NCBI GenBank assembly: GCA_016178685.1
Contig: JACOSU010000073.1
Location: 1 to 47,402 of the forward strand
DNA from: Candidatus Eiseniibacteriota bacterium
Lineage (GTDB): Bacteria; Eisenbacteria; RBG-16-71-46
Length of the DNA stretch: 47,402 bases
Reading direction: 5' to 3'
Shown here: positions 1 to 9,899 of the stretch, piece by piece
Numbering within the stretch: the first letter of the stretch is position 1
Layout: each line of letters opens with the position of its first letter
Position numbers and translations under genes: made by a program
Notes under the pieces: generated by a model
The model's database searches: none
The model's input: only the letters and a program-made list of their open reading frames with translations
What the model was told of the DNA's origin: nothing

Positions 1-2033
1 ATCAGCGCGGGATCGGGATAGAGCCGCACGGTCAGGCTTGGCAGCGGCGGCGGCGGCGGCGCGACGTAGCCCGGATCGAAGCGATTGAGCCCGCTCGCGG
101 TTGCGATCCACACCACGCCCGTCGCGCGATCGATGAAGACGCTCCGCACCTCGTCGTTCGCGAGCGGCGTATTCGCCGCGGTGAGATCCTCGGTGGCCCC
201 GCCCGGGTGATAGACGCGCACCCCGTTCGCGGTCCCGAGCCACACCGTGCCGTCGGCGGCCACGTCCATCGGATGCACCGCGCCGCGTGGCGCGGGCGCG
301 GCGGGGATCGAGTACAGCACCGCCTCGACCCCGGGTCCTCCGTACGCGGTGAAGAGGCGCAGCGCATCGGTGCTGAACACCCACACCGAATCGGAGTGGG
401 GCGCCACCGCGAAGACATCGAGCCGCGAGGTGTCGTCGAGATCGTTGAACGAAAGCGGCTGATACGACGGCGGGATCGTGATCGGCCGTCCGTTCGTGTC
501 GGGAAGCGCGAACCACTGGACGCCGTGCCCGGCGAGGCCCACCCACATCACGCGACGCGAGCCGTCGTAGGCGAGCGAGCGCACTTGATTGTTCGCCATG
601 TTGTACGCGGTGTCAGGGACGCCGGTGTGGAAGTTCTGCCGGTAGATTCCGGAGGGGCTGTAGTAGTCGATCCCGACCGGGTCGGTGGCCTGACCGCAGC
701 CCAGGCACGGCGTGTCGCCGCCGAACCAGCGTCCGCCGTCCGAATCCGCCGCCGCCGACCACAGGTTGGTGTGACGATCGTCACCGCCCACCCACTGGGA
801 CTGAACGAGCGTGCCGGGTCCGCTGTCGTCCAGGATGTCGACCGAGACCGACCAGTAGCCGATCCACTTGTAGCCCTGGCTGTCCACCAGCATGCTGAAC
901 GCGAAGGTCGGGTTGTAAGGCACGCTCCCGCAGTTTCCGCCGCACGCTCCCGGGAACCAGTTGGTCCAGGCCGTGCCGTCGAATCGTCCCACGCCCTCAT
1001 CATACGTGCCGACGTACGCGCGTCCGCGATCCACCACCACGTTCTGGCAGTTGTTGCCGGGTGGGGCGGGCGGCACATGCTGCGTCCATGCCGCTGGCGC
1101 GATCACCTGCTCGAACAATCCGTCACGATCGGCCGCGAGCACCACGCCGGCGGTGTCGGTGGTGGTGGCGAACGAGCGATCCGGCTGGGGCGCCGAGACC
1201 AGCGCGGGCAGGAGCGGCGTCCACGCGAGTCCCGACCATTGATAGAGACCCGAATCGCTCGATGCCACGACCGAACCCAGATCGTCCGACAGCCGGTAGA
1301 CCTCGTGGAAGACGAGATCCTTCCCCCACGTGTTTCCCGACTGCGCGTGCCACACCGACTTTCCGATCAGCCCCCACACGTTTCGGCCATCGGTCGCGAG
1401 CGCGTGCACGGTGTCGGGTGCCTGACCGGTCGAGACGCTGTTCCAGGTCGCGAGGCCGGTCGAGACGCGGCTGTAATAGGCGCCGCGCGCGGTGCCGACC
1501 CACAGCGAATCACCTCTGACCGCGATTGCCGTGACATTGTTGCTGAGGAACGGCGAGGGCCCGCCGGCGTCGGGGAGGCGCCCCGAGATCTCGGTGCCGT
1601 TGTAGAGCGCGATGCCGGCGTCGGTTCCGATCCAGAGCGTGTCCCCCTCGGCGCGCACCACGTTGACCGAGAGCGAGGGAAGCCCGTCGAACGCATTCAG
1701 CACGCCCCAGCTTCCGTCGCGGTCGAGGCGGCCGACGCCCGCGTCGCGCGTGCCGATCCAAAGCGATCCCGAACGCGACATCGCGAGCGACGTGAGGTTG
1801 TTGCTCACCAGCCGGCCCGGCTCCCGGCTTTCAGGCGTGAAGTTCCCGGTCGCGCGGTGGTAGATCAGCAGGCCCGCCTCCTGGGTTGCGCACCATATGG
1901 TGTCAGAGGTGGCGAGCAGGTCGTGGAACGTGTAGGGACGCTGAAAGGTTTTCCATCCGCCGCTCGCGCGCGCGGAAGCCGGCATGAGGATCAGCAGCAG
2001 CACGAGCAGCGTGGCGAGGCGCGCGCGTCTCAT
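1..2033 (-). CDS. Secreted multi-bladed beta-propeller protein (two-component regulator propeller / PorZ-like), 3' truncated by the window edge
   Basis: Not in the ORF track because its stop lies outside the window. Hand translation from ATG 2033 gives signal peptide MRRARLATLLVLLLILMPASARA, then GGWKTF..DTIWCATQEAGLLIY, repeated blades (LWIGT, LWVGT, VWLGTANG, VWIATASGL), a poly-Pro linker and LTVRLYPDPAL at the edge. Confidence 0.8.
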   Translation of the reverse strand, partial: MRRARLATLLVLLLILMPASARASGGWKTFQRPYTFHDLLATSDTIWCATQEAGLLIYHRATGNFTPESREPGRLVSNNLTSLAMSRSGSLWIGTRDAGVGRLDRDGSWGVLNAFDGLPSLSVNVVRAEGDTLWIGTDAGIALYNGTEISGRLPDAGGPSPFLSNNVTAIAVRGDSLWVGTARGAYYSRVSTGLATWNSVSTGQAPDTVHALATDGRNVWGLIGKSVWHAQSGNTWGKDLVFHEVYRLSDDLGSVVASSDSGLYQWSGLAWTPLLPALVSAPQPDRSFATTTDTAGVVLAADRDGLFEQVIAPAAWTQHVPPAPPGNNCQNVVVDRGRAYVGTYDEGVGRFDGTAWTNWFPGACGGNCGSVPYNPTFAFSMLVDSQGYKWIGYWSVSVDILDDSGPGTLVQSQWVGGDDRHTNLWSAAADSDGGRWFGGDTPCLGCGQATDPVGIDYYSPSGIYRQNFHTGVPDTAYNMANNQVRSLAYDGSRRVMWVGLAGHGVQWFALPDTNGRPITIPPSYQPLSFNDLDDTSRLDVFAVAPHSDSVWVFSTDALRLFTAYGGPGVEAVLYSIPAAPAPRGAVHPMDVAADGTVWLGTANGVRVYHPGGATEDLTAANTPLANDEVRSVFIDRATGVVWIATASGLNRFDPGYVAPPPPPLPSLTVRLYPDPAL

Positions 2034-2037
2034 GTCG

Positions 2038-2754
2038 TCACTCCACGCGACCGAGCAGGTCGAGAAACCGAAGCTTCCACACCATCCGCGCGGCCTCCCA
2101 GATGATCTTGCGGTTCATCTTGGAGGACCCGGCCTGCCGGTCCACGAACAGGATCGGAATCTCCCGAAGCGAGAAGCCGCGCTTCCAGCACCGGAACGAC
2201 ATTTCGATCTGGAACGAGTAGCCGTCGGACTGAACCGCATCAAGCCTGACGCCTTCGAGAGCGCGACGGCGGAAACACTTGTACCCGCCGGTCGCGTCCT
2301 TGAGCGGCAGCCCGGTGATGAGGCGCGTGTAGAGATTCGCGCAGTACGAGAGCACCAGGCGCTGGAGCGGCCAGTTCACGACCGTCACGCCGTGCAGATA
2401 GCGCGAGCCCAGCACGACGTCCACCTCCTGCGCGTTGCGGATGAACTCCGGAATCGCATCGGGATCGTGCGAGAAATCCGCGTCCATCTCGAAGATGTAT
2501 TCCGCGCCACGATCCAGCGCGAAGTGAAATCCCGCGAGATACGCCGAGCCCAGCCCCAGCTTGCCGGGCCTCGTGATCAGGTGGATGCGCGGTTCTTTTT
2601 CCATGCGGGCGCGCACCAGGTCCGCCGTGCCGTCGGGCGAGTTGTCGTCCACGATCAGCACCTCGAGCCCGAGCGGCAGCGCCATCAGGCGATCGAGCAG
2701 CGGCACGATGTTGTCGCGCTCGTTGTAAGTCGGCACGATGACCAGCTTGTCCAC
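2038..2754 (-). CDS. Polyprenol monophosphomannose synthase (Dpm1/Ppm1-like GT2)
   Basis: VIVPTYNE, IVDDNSPDGT, GKLGLGSAY, EMDADFSHDP, DATGGYKCFRR, GYSFQIEM; GTG start overlaps the upstream TAG. Confidence 0.9.
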   Translation of the reverse strand: MDKLVIVPTYNERDNIVPLLDRLMALPLGLEVLIVDDNSPDGTADLVRARMEKEPRIHLITRPGKLGLGSAYLAGFHFALDRGAEYIFEMDADFSHDPDAIPEFIRNAQEVDVVLGSRYLHGVTVVNWPLQRLVLSYCANLYTRLITGLPLKDATGGYKCFRRRALEGVRLDAVQSDGYSFQIEMSFRCWKRGFSLREIPILFVDRQAGSSKMNRKIIWEAARMVWKLRFLDLLGRVE

Positions 2755-5168
2755 TACCGGGCCTCCGGGGTGTGTTCCTGCCGGTTGCGCCCCGCGCGCG
2801 CGCCGCGCACGCCGAGAATCGTGAGCAGCGCGGCCACCAGCAGGCTCGCGATCGAGAGTCGCATTCCGTTCCGCACCGAGGGCGAGCGGTAACGGAACTC
2901 CACCCGGTGATGTCCGGCCTTGACCGCGACGGCGCGCAGCAGGTAGTCGGCCTTGAGTATCTCCACCGGCCGGCCGTCCACCGTGGCGCTCCAGTCCGGA
3001 TACCACTGGTCGGCCAGTCGAACCAGCGCCGCGCCCGAGGCCTGGACGTCGATGCTCACGTCGTTGAGCCGGTAGGACATGATGAGGGCGTTCGAATTTT
3101 CGAGCGGGCCGAGCGCCAGGCGCGGGTCGTGGTCGAGGAACGTGACGGCGGCGGCGTCGCTGGTGCCGAGCCGGACGGAATCGATGATCGCCGTGTCGGA
3201 GGGAGCCACGCGATAACTTCCGACCAGCGTCACGCGCGGCAGCGCGAGCAGATTCTCGTAGACCGCGCCGCCCGGACCCTGGTGGACCGGTTTCAGCCAG
3301 CCGGGCGCATTCGGCATGGGCTGGCCGAACACGATGTAGCGTACGTTCAGCAATCGCATCCAGCCGAGGTTGTTCTGCAGCTGCCGATCCAGCAGGTCCT
3401 GGTAGAGGCGCAGCTTCGCCGCGTGATAGCCGCCGAGTGAAGCGATCGAGAATCCGGCAAATCGGTTGTCCTGGAAGCTCTCGACCGGAAAAATCCGGAA
3501 GCTGCCGGGGGGACCGACCTGCTGCAGAAATTCGACGACGTCGTCGCGGCCCGCATCGGCGCCACGGATCATGGGGTCGCCGATCACGGGCTTCATCACC
3601 CTGCCTCCCACCGGCCACAGCTCGATCAGCAAGAGACCCAGCACCAGGGCGCTCGCCAGCGACGCGGGCATTCGGCGCTCACGAGCGAACCAGGCCACGG
3701 CCGTCGCGAGCAATCCCAGCACGCACACTCGCGAAAGACTGCCGACCCATTCGGAGTAGGCCGCCGCGGCGGCCCGCGGATCGAATCCGGGATGCGACGC
3801 GAGCGCCAGCGAGGTGTATGCGGCGCGCCACGCATCCTGGCCCAGCACGCCGATCACGAAGGCCAGCACCAGAACTGCCGCGGCCCCGATCATGAGGCGC
3901 GCGACCGGAGAGGCTCCGCGTTCGCCTTGCGGGCGGTCATCGATCACCGCGCTCCATCCCCACGCCGCGGCCAGCGCGGCCGCCAGCTGGAACAACACGA
4001 TCACCATCACCGGGATGCGGAACTTGTTGAACAGCGGAAGGTGCGCGTAGAGGAATCCGTAGAACGGAAGGTAGTGGCCAAACGCGATCAGCAACGCGGT
4101 CACCGCGAGCAGCAGCGCGTAGATGCGGATCGGGCCGCCGGCCAGGAAAGCGGGCAGCGCGAGCAGCACCGTGATCATTCCGACGTAGGCGTTGGGGTAG
4201 TCGGTGAACGGCATGCCGCCCCAGTACGTGGCGCCGCCGAATCCCGTCCAGCCCGGCACGACCACGGTCGGCAGCTCGTAGGGAGCGAGCGACCAACTGG
4301 TCGCATACGCCATCCCCACGCCACCGTCCGCGCCGCCGCCGCGGATCGACCAGCGCGCGTAATCCCGCAGCGGCAGGTTGTAGAAGCCCGCGATTCCGAA
4401 CGCCAGCGCGGCGGCCGCCGCGAGTCCCGCCACGCGTGAGAGGCGCGGCATGAGATCGGCCGGATTCCGGAGCGCGACCAGCGACTCCACCAGAGCGTAG
4501 AGCCCGATCGCGATCCAGGTGTAGAAGCAGATCTGGACGTGGCCGCGCAGCATCTGGAATCCGCCCGCGATCGCGAGAGATCCCAGGTGATGGAGACCCC
4601 CGCGCCTCATCCAGCGGGTGGCGAGCCACAGCATGAGCGGCAGGTAGGCCGAGTTCACGAGCTGGCTGCCGTGCCCGTGGGATCCCACCGCCACCAGGTT
4701 CGGCGCGAAGATGAAGGCCGCGGCGCCCAGCAGCGCGCCTTCCGCCCGCGCGCCCCACTCCCGCGCGAGCAGGAAGAAGAACCACGCCCCCAGCACGTAA
4801 TAGAGGAGCAGCCACGACATGTCGGGCAGCGGAACGATTTTCTGCACCAGCGCGAGCGGCCAGTCGGGAGGATAGATCAGCGGGTTGTACGCGCCGCTTC
4901 CGAACGAGGGCATGCCGAGGAACACGTACGGGTTCCACAGCGGATAGATGTGATCGTGCCACAGCGACTGCTCTCCCACGCGCACGAATCCACCCGGGGA
5001 CTGGGCATCCGGCGACACGAACGTGTGGCCCCCGACCGAGACCTCGTGGAAGAACACCACCACCAGCAGCGTCAGGATCACGGCTGCCCAGGTGCGGTTG
5101 AGCGCAAATCGCGCGGGGCGGGCCGGGGTCTTCGAGACCTCGCGTCTTGGCGCCTTGCGGTCGGACAT
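2754..5168 (-). CDS. YfhO-family GT-C membrane glycosyltransferase
   Basis: Many TM segments; PLWNPYVFLGMP; C-terminal DQWYPDWSATVDG..ADYLLRAVAVKAGHHRVEFRYR followed by a last TM helix. Confidence 0.85.
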   Translation of the reverse strand: MSDRKAPRREVSKTPARPARFALNRTWAAVILTLLVVVFFHEVSVGGHTFVSPDAQSPGGFVRVGEQSLWHDHIYPLWNPYVFLGMPSFGSGAYNPLIYPPDWPLALVQKIVPLPDMSWLLLYYVLGAWFFFLLAREWGARAEGALLGAAAFIFAPNLVAVGSHGHGSQLVNSAYLPLMLWLATRWMRRGGLHHLGSLAIAGGFQMLRGHVQICFYTWIAIGLYALVESLVALRNPADLMPRLSRVAGLAAAAALAFGIAGFYNLPLRDYARWSIRGGGADGGVGMAYATSWSLAPYELPTVVVPGWTGFGGATYWGGMPFTDYPNAYVGMITVLLALPAFLAGGPIRIYALLLAVTALLIAFGHYLPFYGFLYAHLPLFNKFRIPVMVIVLFQLAAALAAAWGWSAVIDDRPQGERGASPVARLMIGAAAVLVLAFVIGVLGQDAWRAAYTSLALASHPGFDPRAAAAAYSEWVGSLSRVCVLGLLATAVAWFARERRMPASLASALVLGLLLIELWPVGGRVMKPVIGDPMIRGADAGRDDVVEFLQQVGPPGSFRIFPVESFQDNRFAGFSIASLGGYHAAKLRLYQDLLDRQLQNNLGWMRLLNVRYIVFGQPMPNAPGWLKPVHQGPGGAVYENLLALPRVTLVGSYRVAPSDTAIIDSVRLGTSDAAAVTFLDHDPRLALGPLENSNALIMSYRLNDVSIDVQASGAALVRLADQWYPDWSATVDGRPVEILKADYLLRAVAVKAGHHRVEFRYRSPSVRNGMRLSIASLLVAALLTILGVRGARAGRNRQEHTPEAR

Positions 5169-5197
5169 GGATCCTCGGTGCGGGTGGGGACCGGACG

Positions 5198-6325
5198 TCA
5201 GGACACGGTCGAGAGACGGGACTCCAGCGTCGCGACCATTCGTTCCGCGAGCGCGTCCCAATCATGTGGACGCGCCAGAGAGCGCCGCGCCGCGGCGTCC
5301 GCGGGAGAGGCGAGCGCCGCCCGCACGGCGTCCACCGCCTGATCGGGGGTGGAGGCGAACTGAAGGTGCGGCGGCGCGGGTTCAAGATCGAGGAGTGGCG
5401 TGGTCACCACCGGAAGTCCGGATGCGAGGTACTGGTAGACCTTGTTGGGATTGATACCCTGCACGAACGGGTCGTTCGCCCGAAAAGGAATCACCCCCAC
5501 GTCCAGATGCTGCAGGTAGGCCGGGACCCGGTCATAGGCCCTGGGCCCCAGCACCGCCACGCCCCCGCGCTTGACCAGCTCCGCGACGCGGGTCTCGGTG
5601 GCGCGCGTGCCGGGTCCGATCAGCACCAGCGTGCCGGTCCCCCGTCCACGGCGCAATGCCTCGAGCGTTTCGAAATCGAGGAAGTGCGACAGCAGGCCGA
5701 TGTATCCGATGCGCGGGCGCGGCAGTCGTTCGAGGTCCGCCGGCGCCTCATTCGGGGCCTCGAATCGCGCGCACTCTACCCCGTTGCCGATCAGCACCGG
5801 GGGCCGCTGGATCTGTGCCGCCAGCTCGCGGCGGTAGTACTCCGAGACGACGAACAGGGTATCCACCTGATCGAGGGTCGCCCGCCAGTAACGCCGTGCC
5901 CAGGAAGGAACGCCGGCAAACTGCAACGGGTGGTCATTGAAATCATAGAATATCAATTTCCGGCTCAGGCGGGAAAGGGCGCCGGGGCAGTAGATGTTCG
6001 AGACCATCACCGCCGGGCACGCCTCCACGCCCAGCTTCCGCAGGCGCGAACGCAGGAACCACTCGGCCGCGGTCTCGATCGCGGCGCGGCCCGGCGCCGC
6101 GCGGCTCAACGTGTTGTAGATCGAGCTCGCGGTGGACGGCTTGAGAAACGGGACCGTGAAGTAGGTGACGTTCCCTTCGGTGCGCGGTTCCCACGGATCG
6201 TCGGCGCCCGAGGCGGGCGGTTGAGCGTAGAACACGCGCCAGCGCGGCGGAAAGCGCGACAGCAGGAACTGCTTGCGGGTGCGGAAGTACCCCCAGCGGA
6301 CCTCCGACAGGACGACGAGGTCCAC
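5198..6325 (-). CDS. Glycosyltransferase family 4 (TuaH-like)
   Basis: W..FRTRKQFL N-terminus, PRPRIGYIG, DVGVIPF, NPNKVYQYLASGLPVV. Confidence 0.85.
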   Translation of the reverse strand: MDLVVLSEVRWGYFRTRKQFLLSRFPPRWRVFYAQPPASGADDPWEPRTEGNVTYFTVPFLKPSTASSIYNTLSRAAPGRAAIETAAEWFLRSRLRKLGVEACPAVMVSNIYCPGALSRLSRKLIFYDFNDHPLQFAGVPSWARRYWRATLDQVDTLFVVSEYYRRELAAQIQRPPVLIGNGVECARFEAPNEAPADLERLPRPRIGYIGLLSHFLDFETLEALRRGRGTGTLVLIGPGTRATETRVAELVKRGGVAVLGPRAYDRVPAYLQHLDVGVIPFRANDPFVQGINPNKVYQYLASGLPVVTTPLLDLEPAPPHLQFASTPDQAVDAVRAALASPADAAARRSLARPHDWDALAERMVATLESRLSTVS

Positions 6326-8400
6326 TACGCGACGATCGCTCCGCCCGCGGCCTCACGCTCCAGTTCGAGCGTCACCTCGTCGAACGTGCGGTGGCGTCCG
6401 GCGTGGAGATCGGTCTCGGGCGCGCGCTCGGTCACGCGCGGGTCGCGCGCCAGGTACTGGCGGGACCACGATTCGAGCGACAGCCAGCGCCACACCTGCA
6501 GCCCGATGTCGCGAGTCCCCGAGAGATAGTTCTCGAGCTCGGCGCGCAGCGTGGCGGGTTTCACCCACTCATGGAGCGGTCCATCGGCGAGCAGCCGGCG
6601 TCGCGTCTCGCCCGAGAACCGCCCGCGCAGCCAGAGGTCGGTCGGGGTCTCGAATCCCATTTTGTCCTGGCGTGTGCGAACCACCTCGGGAATCCGATCC
6701 GCAAGTGAGCGGCGCAGGATCGCCTTGGTCGTGACGCCGTCCAGGCGCTGCTCGTCGGGCAGCGAGAGCACGAACTCGACCAGTCGGTAGTCGAGGAACG
6801 GCAGCCGGGTCTCGATCGAATACGCCATGCTGTTCCGATCTTCGTAGCGCAGCAGCGACGGCAGCAGGCGCTGCGTGAAATCGAAGACTTGCGCGTTGCG
6901 CAGCGCGCTTCCGAATTCGCGCGGCGGCCGCGGCGCGTCCGTGCGATCCAGCGTGCGCAGGCGATCGGACAGTACTCGATCCTTGCCCTGTCCGAACCGG
7001 CTGCGCAGCGGCCGGATCAGCGCGCCCGGCAACCAGGGCTCGAGCGTGAGCGCCAGCGCGTGCGCGGCGCCCAGTTGCTCCGCCACCGGAGCGAACCACC
7101 GCGCGAACTCCGCGATCCGGCCTTCGGCCAGGAGGTCGCGCAGCCGGATCGGGCGATAGCGCCCATAGCCCGCCAGCGTTTCGTCGCCGCCCTGTCCGTC
7201 CAGCAGCACCTTCAAGCCCGCGCCGTGGGCCAGCTCCATGACCTTCCACTGCGAATAGAGCCCGGGCCCCGCGGTCGGTTCGTCCTGCTGCGACGCCAGC
7301 GCATCGAACACCGTCCAGAAATCCCCGCCATCCGGGACCACGAGGTGCGCGGTCGCGCCGCTGGCGGCGACCGCGGCGCTCGCGTAGGGACGTTCGTCGT
7401 ACGCGGCGCCCTCGTCGTACGCGCAGGTGAACGCGTGCAGCGGCGCATCGGAAAACTTTGACGCGGTGGTGAGCACCGCGGTCGAGTCGAGCCCGCCCGA
7501 AAGGCACGAGCCGACCGGCACGTCGGCGCGCAGCCTGAGGCGCACGGCATCGGTAAACAGCCGCTCGAACTCGCGCGCCCATTCGTCCGCGTCTCCGGCG
7601 GCACGCCGCGCGGGATCGAGCGCGTACCAGCGCCGCACCGCGAGGCCGCGCTCGCCGACCGTCAGGCAGTGCCCGGCGGGCAGCTGCCAGATCCCGTCGA
7701 AGAACGTGTGCGATTCGTGATCCACCCAGTCGAGCGCGAGCAGGTCACGCACCGCCTCGAGCCGCGGCGTGATGCGACGGCTCTGCGTGAGCGCCAGCGC
7801 CTTGGGTTCCGAGGCGAACGCGAAGCGCGAGCCGTCGAACTGGTAGTGAAACGGCTTGACGCCGAACCGGTCACGCGCGCAGAACAGCTCGCGGCGGTCC
7901 GCGTCCCAGATCGCGAACGCGAACATGCCATTGAGAAGAGCGAGCGAGCGCTCGCCGTGGCGGCGCCACGCCGCGAGGATCACTTCGGTGTCGGTCGCGC
8001 TCTGGAACTTCTCCCCCGCGCTCTCCAGCTCGCGACGCAGCTCGACGTAGTTGTAGACCTCACCGTTGTACGTGATCCAGAAGCGCCCCGAGGAATCGCA
8101 CAGCGGCTGGTGTCCGGCCGGGCTCAGGTCCAGGATCGAGAGCCTGCGATGCAGCAGGCCGACGCGGTAGCGGGCGGTCGCGTCCGTGGAGCCCGGGCGG
8201 CCCGGCGCGTAGCGCAGCGGGCTGCCGTACACGTCGCGCGGCGTGTCGGGGCCGCCCATCGCGTGCGATCCCCCATCGGGATCGAGCAGCACGATGCCTT
8301 CGTCGTCGGGGCCGCGATGCCGGAGCAACCGCGATATCTGGTGCAGGCGCCCGAGATCGGCGCGGCCCTCCCGCGTCAGCACTCCCGCGATTCCACACAT
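6325..8400 (-). CDS. asnB: Asparagine synthase (glutamine-hydrolysing)-type amidotransferase, probably glycan amidation
   Basis: N-terminal MCGIAG, HRGPD, HRRLSILD, NGEVYN, RDRFGVKP, LSGGLDS, DGQGGDE, RLPFLD. Confidence 0.92.
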   Translation of the reverse strand: MCGIAGVLTREGRADLGRLHQISRLLRHRGPDDEGIVLLDPDGGSHAMGGPDTPRDVYGSPLRYAPGRPGSTDATARYRVGLLHRRLSILDLSPAGHQPLCDSSGRFWITYNGEVYNYVELRRELESAGEKFQSATDTEVILAAWRRHGERSLALLNGMFAFAIWDADRRELFCARDRFGVKPFHYQFDGSRFAFASEPKALALTQSRRITPRLEAVRDLLALDWVDHESHTFFDGIWQLPAGHCLTVGERGLAVRRWYALDPARRAAGDADEWAREFERLFTDAVRLRLRADVPVGSCLSGGLDSTAVLTTASKFSDAPLHAFTCAYDEGAAYDERPYASAAVAASGATAHLVVPDGGDFWTVFDALASQQDEPTAGPGLYSQWKVMELAHGAGLKVLLDGQGGDETLAGYGRYRPIRLRDLLAEGRIAEFARWFAPVAEQLGAAHALALTLEPWLPGALIRPLRSRFGQGKDRVLSDRLRTLDRTDAPRPPREFGSALRNAQVFDFTQRLLPSLLRYEDRNSMAYSIETRLPFLDYRLVEFVLSLPDEQRLDGVTTKAILRRSLADRIPEVVRTRQDKMGFETPTDLWLRGRFSGETRRRLLADGPLHEWVKPATLRAELENYLSGTRDIGLQVWRWLSLESWSRQYLARDPRVTERAPETDLHAGRHRTFDEVTLELEREAAGGAIVA

Positions 8401-8426
8401 GTAAGGTCAGGTCCCTTCTTTTTCTT

Positions 8427-9899
8427 TCATGAGTCGCCGATGCTGCCATGGAGCCCCGAACTCGCCGGGGCCTCTGGCGCCTCCCCGCTGTCGCGCTCTC
8501 GCCACATCTTCAGACGCACGGTCGCGGCCGCAAAGGCCGCCAGCGCCGCCAGCTTGACCGCGACTCCCGCGATTCCCGCCGGCGAGAACCGCTGCACCAG
8601 AAGCCCGATCGAAATCGCCGAGGCCAGGGTCAGCAGCATGCGCCCGCCGTGAAACGGCAGCGGGTGGACCCTCTGCGCGATGCGATAGGTGAGCAACGCC
8701 GAAGTAGCGTATCCCATGAACGTCGCGATTGCAGCACCGGGGGCACCCAGCCTCGGCGTCAGCGCGATTTGCGCGACCAGCGCGATTCCGGCTGCCGCGG
8801 CCGAGCTCCAGGTCAGCAGCCAAGTCTTCAGGGACAGCGCCACTCCGACCGAAGCCACAGAATAGGCGCCCTGAGCGACGGCCGCAAAGCCGAGCCACGC
8901 GGCGGGCAGCGCGGCCGCGCGATAGTGCGACGGTACCAGCACCGCGAGTGCTTCGGGCGCGAATACGGTTACGGCCAGTCCCAGGAACGACGCCGCCGTG
9001 ACGTACAAACCGAAGACACGCGCGAACAGGCGGGGCGCATCCGGGTGTCCGGCCCGCGCGAAGGCGAACGGACCGTAGGCCAGCTGAAACGCGGCGATCC
9101 CCATGCTGACCACCGCGAAGAACTTCATGGCGACCGCATAGATCGCGACCTCCTCGAGCGAGCGCGTCCGCTGCAACACGAAGCGGTCCACGCTCAGGAT
9201 CAGCCCGTACGCGAACCCCGATGGAACCAGCGGCGCGCCGTAACGCAGCATGCGCCAGAAGACTTCGCCTCCGAACCACCCCCAGCGCACGGTGTGGCGC
9301 ACCAGCACCAGCCCGAAGAGGGCGCACGTCAGGTCGGCGAACAGCCGCCCGTAGAGCACTCCGGCGACACCGAGGTGCCGCACCAGCACCAGATAGATGG
9401 AAACGCCGCACGTCAGGACGGTTTGAGCCACGTTGAGCGAAACGAATTTCCACGGCTGGAACGTGACGCGCAGGACGTCGTTCGCGAACATCACCAGCAG
9501 CGTGCAGGGCAGCGTGAGCGCCCCGAGCAGCACGTATTTCTGGTAGACCGCGGAACCGATCAGGCCCGGGGCGAACCGCGGAGCGAGCAGGGCGAGCGCG
9601 GCCGCCACGACGCAGCTCGTCACGATTCGGAAGGCAAGCGAGGTCGAAACCATCCGGATGCGGGCGTCGCGATCCGGCTCGTGATAGAAGAAGCGGGCCA
9701 GCGCTCCGTCCATGCCGAACACCAGCACGATCACGGCGGTCTGCGAGTAGGCGATCACCAGTTCGGAGACGCCGTACGCGGAGGGGGTCAGCGCACGCGT
9801 GAGGATCGGAACCAACAGCAGCTGCACGGCGCGGCCGCCGGCCTGTCCGAAGCCGTAGACCAGGGACTCGCCCGACAGTTTGCGGAGCGCTTCACGCAT
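8427..9899 (-). CDS. Wzx/MOP-family oligosaccharide flippase
   Basis: 490 aa, about 12-14 TM segments; SLVYG..LLLVPILTRALTPSAYG, MLRYGAPL, DRFVL, VAIYAVA. Confidence 0.85.
   Translation of the reverse strand: MREALRKLSGESLVYGFGQAGGRAVQLLLVPILTRALTPSAYGVSELVIAYSQTAVIVLVFGMDGALARFFYHEPDRDARIRMVSTSLAFRIVTSCVVAAALALLAPRFAPGLIGSAVYQKYVLLGALTLPCTLLVMFANDVLRVTFQPWKFVSLNVAQTVLTCGVSIYLVLVRHLGVAGVLYGRLFADLTCALFGLVLVRHTVRWGWFGGEVFWRMLRYGAPLVPSGFAYGLILSVDRFVLQRTRSLEEVAIYAVAMKFFAVVSMGIAAFQLAYGPFAFARAGHPDAPRLFARVFGLYVTAASFLGLAVTVFAPEALAVLVPSHYRAAALPAAWLGFAAVAQGAYSVASVGVALSLKTWLLTWSSAAAAGIALVAQIALTPRLGAPGAAIATFMGYATSALLTYRIAQRVHPLPFHGGRMLLTLASAISIGLLVQRFSPAGIAGVAVKLAALAAFAAATVRLKMWRERDSGEAPEAPASSGLHGSIGDS

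Noticed and set aside
44-60. (GCG)n trinucleotide run
   Set aside because: Encodes the poly-Pro linker of the propeller protein; in-frame and short.
207-2105. 632-aa plus-strand ORF
   Set aside because: Arg-rich antisense shadow of the minus-strand propeller gene; no motifs.
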